From Enterobacterales bacterium (GTDB taxonomy: Bacteria; Pseudomonadota; Gammaproteobacteria; Enterobacterales; GCA-2746155): a stretch of DNA of 64,000 nt. A model generated the notes under the pieces. It searched no databases, had not been told where the DNA came from, and saw nothing but the letters and a program-made list of their open reading frames with translations. Where the stretch lies: the NCBI GenBank assembly GCA_965250035.1, contig OZ252282.1:593395-657394 (forward strand), given 5' to 3'. A program made the translations under genes and the position numbers. This document shows, piece by piece, positions 56,143 to 64,000 of the stretch (positions are counted from its first letter, which is position 1; every line of letters begins with the position of its first letter).

Positions 56143-58716
56143 CTAATTAAGCTTTGATTTAAGTTTATAAAGCAATTCCAGCGCTTCTCTCGGGCTGAGA
56201 TCATCAAGGTTGATGGATTTTAAAATATCGCCAACGCGTCGGCTAGTCTCAGATTCTTTCGAAGGTGGTTGGTCTTGGTTACAGACCTGCTTAATATGGC
56301 CCGAATCATACCTTTTTCCCTCTAGAGTTTCGAGCTTTTTAGCGGCATTATTAATGACGTCGAGTGGCAGGCCGGCAAGCTTCGCAACCTGTACACCATA
56401 GCTGTCGTCTGTGGGGCCTGGCTTGAGTTGATGCTGAAACACAACCTGGCCTAGATACTCCTCGGCACTGAAATGCATATTGATGATACTGGGATGGTGC
56501 TCGGCCAGTTCAGTGAGCTCGAAGTAATGCGTAGCAAACAAGCAGAATGCTTTATTGTGCCGGGCGATGTACTCAGCCGCTGACCAGGCCAGTGACAAGC
56601 CATCGTAGGTCGAAGTGCCACGCCCCATCTCATCGATTATCACCAGCGACTGATCATTAGCGTAATTGAGTATGCTCGCGGTTTCGCTCATCTCTACCAT
56701 GAAGGTTGAACGCCCCGATGATAGATCATCGCTTGCGCCAATCCGGGTAAAGATCCGTTCCAGTGGGCCGAAACGAGCCTCTGTTGCGGCAACGGGACAA
56801 CCACAGTGGGCCATGAGGGTAAGCAGGGCTACTTGACGCATGTAGGTCGATTTACCACCCATATTGGGTCCGGTAATCAGGTGCAGCCTTTGCTCAGAGT
56901 TCAGGTGAGTGTCATTGGCGACGAAGTCTTGTTCATTAACCTGCTCTACGACTGGATGCCTGCCGGCATGGATCACAAGCCCTGGCTCTTCAGTGAACTC
57001 TGCACGACAAGTTGGGATGGTCTCGCCATAGGATGCAAAGCCATTCAGGATATCTAATCTGGTTAGCACCCTGGCCAGGCCATACAGTTCAAAGACCTCG
57101 GTCGCTAGTTGTGATAATAGGTCGTGATAACATTTCTTCTCAAGGGTAAGGGCGGCCGATGACGAACTGAGTAAATGTTGCTCCAGATCTTTTAATTCCG
57201 GCGTGATAAAGCGCTCGACGTTTTTCAAGGTCTGGCGTCTATCGTAATCTGAAGGTGCCTGGTCCGATTCCCGGCGACTAATTTCCAGATAGTAGCCATG
57301 GACCCGGTTATAGCCAATTTTAAGGCTACTTAATCCCGACCGCTCGCGTTCTCGTTCTTCCAACTCTGCCAGAACGGTCTCTGAATCGACGCTGACAGCG
57401 CGTAATTGATCGAGTTCTGCGTTGTATCCCCTGGCAATTACGCGACCATCACGAATGACGACCGGAGGATTCTCTACGATTGCAGCGCGCAATCGTTCAT
57501 AAAGGTGATCCAGGGGATTAATATTGTTACCGACCTGTTGCAGGCTAGCCGAATCACTTTCCAGTAACATGCCTCGGATTGCTGGCAAGACAGCCAGCGA
57601 ATCACGCAGGCGTGACAGATCTCTGGGTGTAGCAGAGAGTAGGGCGATACGTCCCGTGATACGCTCGATATCTGCAATCTGACGCAGGCAATCGGACATG
57701 GCATCGGACAGCGACAGCTGCTGGATATCCTGCACAATATCTGCACGCTGATTAATTCGTGCATGATCCGTGAGCGGGGATTCTAACCAGTCAGCCAGTT
57801 GTCGACTACCCATGACCGTGGCGCACTGGTTTAATTGAGCGAACAGGGTGTGATCTGATACCCCAGATATGCTCTTGGTCAATTCCAGATTTCTGCGACT
57901 GGTGACATCCAGTTGCAGGCTGTCGCCGCGTTTAATTATGCTAACTGATTTAATGTGTGGCAGTGCCGTCTTCTGGGTAAATTGTAGATAGGCTAATAGG
58001 GCACCACCGGTGGCATGAAACAGCGGCTTGTCATCACATTCGAAGGCGTGCAAATCAGCCACTTCAAACTGTTGGCAGAGCTTGTCTTTTCCCGCACGTG
58101 GCTCGAACTCCCAGTCCGGGCGCGGGGTGAAGGTCAGGTGTGAATCGGTTAGTGACGCATAAAATGATTCAGAACACAGAACCTCCTGACAGTTAAAGCC
58201 AAGCAAATGGCTCATGAGTTCATCCCAGCCCGACAGGAACTGGGTCTTGAATTCTCCTGAGCTGAGGTTTATCCAGCTGAGGTTAAATTGACCATTCACA
58301 TTTTTTTCGACGGCAGCCAGTCGGTGGGTCACCACTTCCTGAAGTAGCGCCTCATCCGTAACGGTCCCCGGCGTCACGATGCGCGTCACTTTGCGCTCAA
58401 CGGGTCCCTTGGATGTGGCGGGATCTCCAATTTGCTCACAGACAGCAACGGTTACACCGAGCTTGACCAGGCGGGCGAGGTAGCCATTGACTGCGTGGTA
58501 GGGCACCCCTGCCATGGGAATATCTTCGCCATTCGATTTACCACGCTTGGTGAGGGTGATATCGAGCAGCCGGGCCGCCTCAATGGCATCATCGTAAAAC
58601 AGTTCATAAAAATCACCCATGCGATAGAACAACAGGATGTCTGGGTTTTCAGCCTTAATTTTGAAGTACTGACGCATCATGGGCGTGTGGGTATTGTCAG
58701 TTATATTCTGGGTCAT
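56143..58716 (-). CDS. mutS: DNA mismatch repair protein MutS
   Basis: [41 protein letters not shown]-terminus, Walker [31 protein letters not shown] at 58716 is preferred over 58770 by similarity of N-terminal spacing to E. coli MutS. Confidence 0.95.
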   Translation of the reverse strand: MTQNITDNTHTPMMRQYFKIKAENPDILLFYRMGDFYELFYDDAIEAARLLDITLTKRGKSNGEDIPMAGVPYHAVNGYLARLVKLGVTVAVCEQIGDPATSKGPVERKVTRIVTPGTVTDEALLQEVVTHRLAAVEKNVNGQFNLSWINLSSGEFKTQFLSGWDELMSHLLGFNCQEVLCSESFYASLTDSHLTFTPRPDWEFEPRAGKDKLCQQFEVADLHAFECDDKPLFHATGGALLAYLQFTQKTALPHIKSVSIIKRGDSLQLDVTSRRNLELTKSISGVSDHTLFAQLNQCATVMGSRQLADWLESPLTDHARINQRADIVQDIQQLSLSDAMSDCLRQIADIERITGRIALLSATPRDLSRLRDSLAVLPAIRGMLLESDSASLQQVGNNINPLDHLYERLRAAIVENPPVVIRDGRVIARGYNAELDQLRAVSVDSETVLAELEERERERSGLSSLKIGYNRVHGYYLEISRRESDQAPSDYDRRQTLKNVERFITPELKDLEQHLLSSSSAALTLEKKCYHDLLSQLATEVFELYGLARVLTRLDILNGFASYGETIPTCRAEFTEEPGLVIHAGRHPVVEQVNEQDFVANDTHLNSEQRLHLITGPNMGGKSTYMRQVALLTLMAHCGCPVAATEARFGPLERIFTRIGASDDLSSGRSTFMVEMSETASILNYANDQSLVIIDEMGRGTSTYDGLSLAWSAAEYIARHNKAFCLFATHYFELTELAEHHPSIINMHFSAEEYLGQVVFQHQLKPGPTDDSYGVQVAKLAGLPLDVINNAAKKLETLEGKRYDSGHIKQVCNQDQPPSKESETSRRVGDILKSINLDDLSPREALELLYKLKSKLN

Positions 58717-58886
58717 GAAATCATCGATTTGTCGTTCATAGGGACGATTATACAGGCTTAACTGTGGCATTAAATAGTCAGACTTATGTCAGTCTGATAT
58801 ATAGGGTGGTATGATCGACTCAGAGATTCGTAAACTGATTTTAAACCTGATATTTTCATACCCAGCCATGGGACGGGAGACTTCAT

Positions 58887-59264
58887 ATGATCGATTTTAA
58901 AAACGCCGCTGTGTTCAAATTGAAACCCATTGATGCAGATGATGTCCGAGAGGATTTTCACAAGTTTCTTATCACTGATGAGACGATTTTTGCGGCTTTC
59001 AAGACGGTGCGAGATCAACTGGTGTTCACCAATAAACGCGTGATTGCTGCCAATGTTCAGGGGCTGACTGGTTCCAAGGTAGATTACACCTCGATTCCAT
59101 ACAACAAAATCCAGGCCTATTCAGTCGAGTCATCCGGCACCTTCGATATGGACTGTGAAATCGAAATATTCATCAGTGCCGTGGGCAAAGCGCGTTTTGA
59201 AATCAAGGGAAGCTTTGATGTGATTCGCTTTAATCAGATCCTCAGCGAACAGGTACTGGATTAA
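58887..59264 (+). CDS. bacterial PH-domain (YokE/DUF1696-like) protein
   Basis: 125 aa with ..FLITDETIFAAFKTVRDQLVFTNKRVIAAN..TSIPYNKIQAYSVES.., typical of bPH-type small proteins. Confidence 0.55.
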   Translation: MIDFKNAAVFKLKPIDADDVREDFHKFLITDETIFAAFKTVRDQLVFTNKRVIAANVQGLTGSKVDYTSIPYNKIQAYSVESSGTFDMDCEIEIFISAVGKARFEIKGSFDVIRFNQILSEQVLD

Positions 59265-59266
59265 TC

Positions 59267-59749
59267 ATGCAAGAGACACTAGATAAGTTGATTCTCCAGC
59301 TCAAGAAACGGCGCCTGACAGTGAGCGTGGCGGAATCTTGCACCGGGGGAATGGTGGCAGAAAGATTGACATCGATGGCCGGCGCATCGAGCTATTTTGA
59401 CTCCGGATTCGTTGTTTACAATGCCAAGGCTAAGAACCGCATGTTGGGTGTGCCAGAAGCATTAACCAAGGCATCAGGTGAGGTCAGTCGCAATGTTGTG
59501 GTCGCGATGGCGGATGGCGCAGTGAAATGCTCAGAGGCCCATTTTTCAATGGCGATAACAGGCATCGCGGGCCCCACGGGTGGAACGACTGAGAAGCCAC
59601 TCGGTATGGTGTGGATTGGCTGGGCAGGTAGAAACTCAGAGACCGAATCGAAGTGTTTTCACTTCAAGGGCGACCGAACTGCGATACGCGAACAGGCCGC
59701 GGAAGAGGCGATGTCAGGCTTAATTCGCTATATGGTAAAAAATACTTGA
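59267..59749 (+). CDS. pncC: nicotinamide-nucleotide amidohydrolase PncC (CinA C-terminal domain)
   Basis: LTVSVAESCTGGMVA and ITGIAGPTGG. Conserved position upstream of recA. Confidence 0.85.
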   Translation: MQETLDKLILQLKKRRLTVSVAESCTGGMVAERLTSMAGASSYFDSGFVVYNAKAKNRMLGVPEALTKASGEVSRNVVVAMADGAVKCSEAHFSMAITGIAGPTGGTTEKPLGMVWIGWAGRNSETESKCFHFKGDRTAIREQAAEEAMSGLIRYMVKNT

Positions 59750-59768
59750 TACTACTCATATAAGTAGT
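59749..59768. promoter_or_regulatory. 20-bp near-perfect palindrome upstream of recA (operator candidate, not a canonical LexA box)
   Basis: TACTACTCATATAAGTAGTA: the half-sites are reverse complements at 9 of 10 positions. It starts at the last base of the pncC stop codon, 150 bp before the recA ATG. Confidence 0.3.
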
Positions 59769-59917
59769 ATACAATTACTCATGTATAGAGAAACGTGACT
59801 GTAGCCTGAGTAGACATATTCTTAGTATATATTCAGATTTAATCTATCGCAAATAATATTGATACGATCCTATTATTAATTTACCCCATGATGGGAAACA
59901 AACACGGAGACATTCGG

Positions 59918-60955
59918 ATGAATGACAACAAGAAGAAAGCATTAGATGCGGCACTTGGTCAGATTGAGCGGCAATTTGGTAAGGGCTCGGTCATGAGAAT
60001 GGGTGATGAAGATGCTATGGCTAGAGATCTCGATGTCATATCGACCGGCTCTCTCGGTTTGGATGTTGCACTAGGTGTTGGTGGCTTTCCCAAAGGGCGC
60101 GTCGTAGAAATCTATGGCCCGGAGTCTTCTGGTAAGACGACGTTGGCATTACAGGCAGTTGCCAGTTGTCAGCGAGCCGGTGGAACTGCTGCATTCGTGG
60201 ATGCAGAACATGCTCTGGATCCGATTTATGCCGAAAAGCTTGGCATTGACGTCGATGAGCTGTTGGTCTCTCAGCCAGATACTGGTGAACAGGCCCTTGA
60301 GATTACCGACATGCTGGTGCGTTCCGGCGCAGTTGATATCATCGTGGTCGATTCGGTAGCAGCCCTTACACCTAAAGCTGAGATCGAAGGCGATATGGGC
60401 GACAGCCACATGGGCCTGCAGGCGCGACTGATGTCACAAGCCTTACGTAAGATAACCGGCAACATCAAACGATCCAACTGCCTGGTTATCTTCATTAACC
60501 AGATCCGAATGAAGATTGGCGTCATGTTTGGTAACCCTGAAACCACAACGGGTGGTAATGCGCTTAAGTTTTATGCTTCAGTCCGGCTGGATATCCGTCG
60601 TACGGGGGCCGTTAAGCAGGGCGATGAAGTCGTTGGTAATGAGACGCGGGTTAAGGTCGTTAAAAACAAGGTGTCGCCGCCATTCAAGCAGGCGGAGTTC
60701 CAGATCCTATATGGCGAAGGCTCCAGTCTACAGGGTGAGATTATTGATATCGGCACCAAGCTTGGATTCATCGATAAGGCCGGCGCCTGGTACAGCTACC
60801 AGGGAGAACGTATCGGCCAGGGTAAGATGAACGTCATTCAATATCTGAAAGAAAATACTGAGATGGCTGACGCGATTGAGGCACAGATTAGAGCAGAGCT
60901 ATTGCCACAGAAAAAATCTGCTGCAGACGCTGAGCAGGCCGAGGTAGAGGCCTAA
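59918..60955 (+). CDS. recA: recombinase RecA
   Basis: [23 protein letters not shown], Walker [13 protein letters not shown], and L2 region. ATG at 59918 with GGAGA 7 nt upstream is preferred over 59888. Confidence 0.97.
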   Translation: MNDNKKKALDAALGQIERQFGKGSVMRMGDEDAMARDLDVISTGSLGLDVALGVGGFPKGRVVEIYGPESSGKTTLALQAVASCQRAGGTAAFVDAEHALDPIYAEKLGIDVDELLVSQPDTGEQALEITDMLVRSGAVDIIVVDSVAALTPKAEIEGDMGDSHMGLQARLMSQALRKITGNIKRSNCLVIFINQIRMKIGVMFGNPETTTGGNALKFYASVRLDIRRTGAVKQGDEVVGNETRVKVVKNKVSPPFKQAEFQILYGEGSSLQGEIIDIGTKLGFIDKAGAWYSYQGERIGQGKMNVIQYLKENTEMADAIEAQIRAELLPQKKSAADAEQAEVEA

Positions 60956-60978
60956 TCGGTTAGCCCAAAATCTCTGCG

Positions 60979-61467
60979 ATGACGGATCCCGATCAGGATA
61001 ATCCTGAAGAAGTCTACAAACAAGCTAAAATGGCGGCTCTTGATCTCTTGAGCCGTCGTGAGCATTCTGCCCTAGAAATCAAAAAGAAACTCTCTCGTCG
61101 CCGTCATTTCTCTGAGCTCGAATTTGATCGACTATGCGAGGAACTGCAGGAGGCTGGCTGGTTGAATCAGACTCGCTTTGCCGAGAGTTTCATCCGTGCC
61201 CGGAGAAACAAGGGGCAAGGTCCGGTCAGAATTTCCCATGATCTCAGATCTAAGGGGATCAATGATGCCGAATCTGCAGGAATTCTTGAACAGTATGACG
61301 ACTGGAATGAGCTCGCGTTCGACGTATTACAAAAGAAAGCCAGCCTTTGGTCAAATGATCTGAAATTGCAGGCCAAATGGCAGCGTTTTCTCATGCAGCG
61401 TGGCTTTGGATTCGATTCGGTTCGATATGCCCTCAATAAGCTGAAGACACAATCACTAAATTCGTAG
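60979..61467 (+). CDS. recX: RecA regulator RecX
   Basis: ALDLLSRREHSALEIKKKL and a repeated three-helix pattern. Sits directly after recA. Confidence 0.85.
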   Translation: MTDPDQDNPEEVYKQAKMAALDLLSRREHSALEIKKKLSRRRHFSELEFDRLCEELQEAGWLNQTRFAESFIRARRNKGQGPVRISHDLRSKGINDAESAGILEQYDDWNELAFDVLQKKASLWSNDLKLQAKWQRFLMQRGFGFDSVRYALNKLKTQSLNS

Positions 61468-61583
61468 TTTGTTGCACTATTTATTGCCCTCGCGGTGGTT
61501 ATACTAGCTGCAAAAGTTTACAATAGCCCCTCTTAAATATCGGCCTTATTAACAGGTCAAAATGAGTTAGTAAAAGGTGTTCA

Positions 61584-62651
61584 ATGTCTTTAACTGTGAA
61601 ACCCCTGGCACCGGAAGATAGAGGTGCCTGTCCAGAAACATTTGGCTTCGGTAGCAGCTTTTCAGATCATATGTTTAGTCAACATCATGCGCATGACAAA
61701 GGCTGGTATGATGCGGCAATCGAGCCATACCATAACCTGGTACTGGATCCCTCTGCTGCCGTACTGCACTATAGTCAGGAGATTTTCGAAGGATTAAAAG
61801 CGTATCGCAGGAACGATGGCGGCGTGAATCTGTTTCGCCCAATGGAGAACATGAAGCGTTTTAACCGCTCGGCCAAACGGATGGTGATGCCTGAAGTTGA
61901 TGTTGATTTTCACCTGGATGCACTGACTCAACTGATCGCACTCGATCAAGCCTGGGTGCCTAATGATCATGGTGCTTCACTGTATATCCGGCCTGCGATG
62001 ATAGCCTCTAGCTCCAAGCTTGGTTTAGGTGCAGCGGCTAACTACATCCATTTTATTATCACCGGACCAGCTGGCAGTTACTTCAAGGCCGGATTCAACC
62101 CAATTCCAGTCTATGTCGCCGATGAGTATCGCAGAGCGGTTATCGGTGGTGTTGGTGAAGCAAAGACTGGCGGTAACTACGCAGCAAGTCTGTATATCTC
62201 GGAAGAAGTGGCGAAACAGGGTTACAGTCAGGTGCTCTGGCTTGATGCTGTTCATGGCAAATATATTGAAGAAGTGGGCGCCATGAATATCTGTTTCGTA
62301 TATGAGGGAAATCAAATAGTTACGCCTGAACTCTCAGGTAGTATCTTACCTGGAATCACCCGTGATTCTATCCTCAAACTTGGGCCAAAATTGGGCTATG
62401 AGACGGTTGAAGCACGCATGGACATCAATGATGTGCTACAAGACATCGATAATGGCAAAATCACTGAAGTCTTCGGCTGCGGTACAGCTGCCGTTATCTC
62501 TCCGGTTGGTGAATTATGTTATCAGGGTAAAAAACACCTGATTAACGATAATCAGACGGGTCCTGTGTCAAAGGCCTTATTCGATAATCTGATTGGTATT
62601 CAATACGGTGATCTCGAGGATCCCTTCGATTGGATCGTAAAAGTCACCTAA
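61584..62651 (+). CDS. ilvE: branched-chain amino acid aminotransferase (class IV, long form)
   Basis: YSQEIFEGLKAYR, ASLYIRP, GVGEAKTGGNYAASL, ILPGITR. Confidence 0.85.
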   Translation: MSLTVKPLAPEDRGACPETFGFGSSFSDHMFSQHHAHDKGWYDAAIEPYHNLVLDPSAAVLHYSQEIFEGLKAYRRNDGGVNLFRPMENMKRFNRSAKRMVMPEVDVDFHLDALTQLIALDQAWVPNDHGASLYIRPAMIASSSKLGLGAAANYIHFIITGPAGSYFKAGFNPIPVYVADEYRRAVIGGVGEAKTGGNYAASLYISEEVAKQGYSQVLWLDAVHGKYIEEVGAMNICFVYEGNQIVTPELSGSILPGITRDSILKLGPKLGYETVEARMDINDVLQDIDNGKITEVFGCGTAAVISPVGELCYQGKKHLINDNQTGPVSKALFDNLIGIQYGDLEDPFDWIVKVT

Positions 62652-62685
62652 CCAAATCACCGGTCAACTCAATCACAAGTCTTAG

Positions 62686-62716
62686 ATTGCACCATATAAT
62701 TATTGAATGGTGCAAT
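62686..62716. terminator. 10-bp hairpin between convergent ilvE and lpdA (terminator candidate, no T-run)
   Basis: ATTGCACCAT-ataattattga-ATGGTGCAAT. Confidence 0.35.
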
Positions 62717-62916
62717 GAGCAACAGCTTCTCATTAAAAAGTCGAAGACGCCGTAAACACATCCCTGTGGGCTTGGCGACTGCTCCCTGCAGTCGACACTT
62801 CTTTTTTTAATGTGTAGCTATTACTCCCGAATTCTCGCAGCCGAATGAGGTATAGAATATTGATAAGATTGAGGTGGCCGTGCAATAAACACTTAACCAC
62901 CTCGTCGATTGATATA

Positions 62917-64000
62917 CTAGATATGTATGGCGTGTCCGAGGCCATCCAGAGCGGCTTCCAGGCTGGCTTCACCCAGAGTCGGATGGACATGGATAGTGCC
63001 AGCAAAGTCTTCCAGGCAAGCCCCCATTTCCAACGCCATTGCATAGTGATTACTCAATTCAGCAACATGAGCACCCACTGCCTGAATACCCAGTATCAGG
63101 TGATTGTCAGCACGCGCGACTACTCGCACGAATCCGCCATCACGACCGGCTTGTTGGGTCATCGCCTTACCGATGGCCGCGAAGGGGAATTTACCAATCT
63201 TGATGTCATACCCTTGTGCCTTGGCTTCATCTGGCGACAGGCCGACGCTGACGATTTCCGGCTCGGTGAAACATACGGCGGCTATCGCCGTTGGATCGAA
63301 TGGCGTCTTTTTGCCAGCAATGGTCTCGGCAACGGCTTCACCCATAGCGGATGCGCGATGGGCTAGCATGGGCTCGCCAGTGACGTCTCCAATCGCCCAG
63401 ACATTTCGCATGGCGGTCTGGCAGTATTTGTCCACCTTGATAAAGGGGCCATCCATATCCAATACCATGTTGCTTAAGCCCCAGCCTTCTGTATTTGGCT
63501 TTCTGCCAACCGTGACCAGGACCTTGTCGGCATTGATCGTCTGAATCTCCCCAGCAGCTGTCTCATAGGCAAGCTCTACACCATCCGCAGTATCAGTGAC
63601 TGCCTTGGCTTTGCATTGGGTGAGCAAGTTCGCCTTGTGCTTCTTCAGCCAGTTCTTGACTGGTTTGGTTAATTCCGCATCGTACTGTGGCAGGAGGTTG
63701 TCTGCCGCTTCAATGAAGGTGACTTCTGAACCGAGTTTGCGGTAGGCAATTCCCAGTTCTAGCCCTATGTAACCCGCACCGATGACTGCGAGGCGTTTCG
63801 GGACTTCAGACAGTGACAGTGCTTCGGTTGAACTGATGATATGCTCAGAATCGCCGAGGAAAGGCAGGTCGACTTCCTTCGAGCCCGTAGCGAGGATTAC
63901 ATGCTCAGCCTCAATCTTTACCTCTCCTGTTTCAGTTTCAACGACACAGGTTTTACCGTTGGCAAAAGTCGCCCAACCCTGTATGCGTTGTACCTTATTC
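62917..64000 (-). CDS. lpdA: dihydrolipoyl dehydrogenase, C-terminal ~360 aa (5' end outside window)
   Basis: The minus-strand frame stays open from the TAG at 62917-62919 to the window edge. Motifs VWAIGDVTGEPMLAH, AVCFTEPEIVSVG and the C-terminal interface IHVHPTLGE. Upstream part shows GYIGLELG (NAD-binding). Confidence 0.9.
   Translation of the reverse strand, partial: NKVQRIQGWATFANGKTCVVETETGEVKIEAEHVILATGSKEVDLPFLGDSEHIISSTEALSLSEVPKRLAVIGAGYIGLELGIAYRKLGSEVTFIEAADNLLPQYDAELTKPVKNWLKKHKANLLTQCKAKAVTDTADGVELAYETAAGEIQTINADKVLVTVGRKPNTEGWGLSNMVLDMDGPFIKVDKYCQTAMRNVWAIGDVTGEPMLAHRASAMGEAVAETIAGKKTPFDPTAIAAVCFTEPEIVSVGLSPDEAKAQGYDIKIGKFPFAAIGKAMTQQAGRDGGFVRVVARADNHLILGIQAVGAHVAELSNHYAMALEMGACLEDFAGTIHVHPTLGEASLEAALDGLGHAIHI

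Noticed and set aside
62733-63544. ORFs of 103-173 aa in other frames overlapping the lpdA 3' half
   Set aside because: The minus-strand lpdA frame is unambiguous (IHVHPTLGE, VWAIGDVTGEPMLAH). The others are shadow ORFs.
1-64000. CRISPR arrays, IS elements, integrases, rRNA or prophage structural genes
   Set aside because: I scanned both strands and the ORF track. There are no regularly spaced short repeats, no transposase or integrase motifs and no rRNA-like sequence.

Overview
This window looks like a chromosomal segment from a marine-type gammaproteobacterium. Gene order resembles the polar-flagellum regulons of Pseudomonas/Vibrio-like organisms, but the taxon cannot be fixed by eye. Block 1 (1-13.8 kb) is mixed. 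It holds a partial GH13 phosphorylase, an AT-rich accessory stretch, a low-molecular-weight phosphotyrosine phosphatase, a TonB-dependent receptor with a lipase lipoprotein, an EEP-family lipoprotein and a fasciclin protein. Block 2 (13.8-18.1 kb) is the divergent rne-rluC pair. Block 3 (18.3-53.1 kb) is one large motility supercluster. It starts with an Aer2-like receptor and a Che2/F7-like chemosensory operon, followed by a STAS / receiver-PP2C-kinase / Hpt partner-switch module. It continues with fliK-fliLMNOPQR-flhBAFG-fliA-cheYZA-motAB-parC/parP-like-cheW-DUF2802 and ends with a second FliK-like / FlhB-C-like pair. Block 4 (53.2-64 kb) is housekeeping: mlaA, a PilZ protein, an M20 amidohydrolase, fdxA, mutS, a PH-domain protein, pncC, recA, recX, ilvE and partial lpdA. 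I saw no rRNA, canonical tRNA, CRISPR array, transposase or integrase. The most unusual part is a ~4.2 kb AT-rich islet (about 2227-6448) bounded by 31-bp imperfect direct repeats that duplicate the 5' end of the phosphatase gene. The islet carries an effector-less NACHT/STAND NTPase, a structured 196-bp spacer containing an untracked 47-codon ORF, two translationally coupled HEPN (Rx4H) proteins and a decayed DUF4145-type gene. I read this as a candidate, possibly undescribed, NACHT plus trans-HEPN antiphage cassette. All functional calls come from motif recognition by eye; no database search was run.
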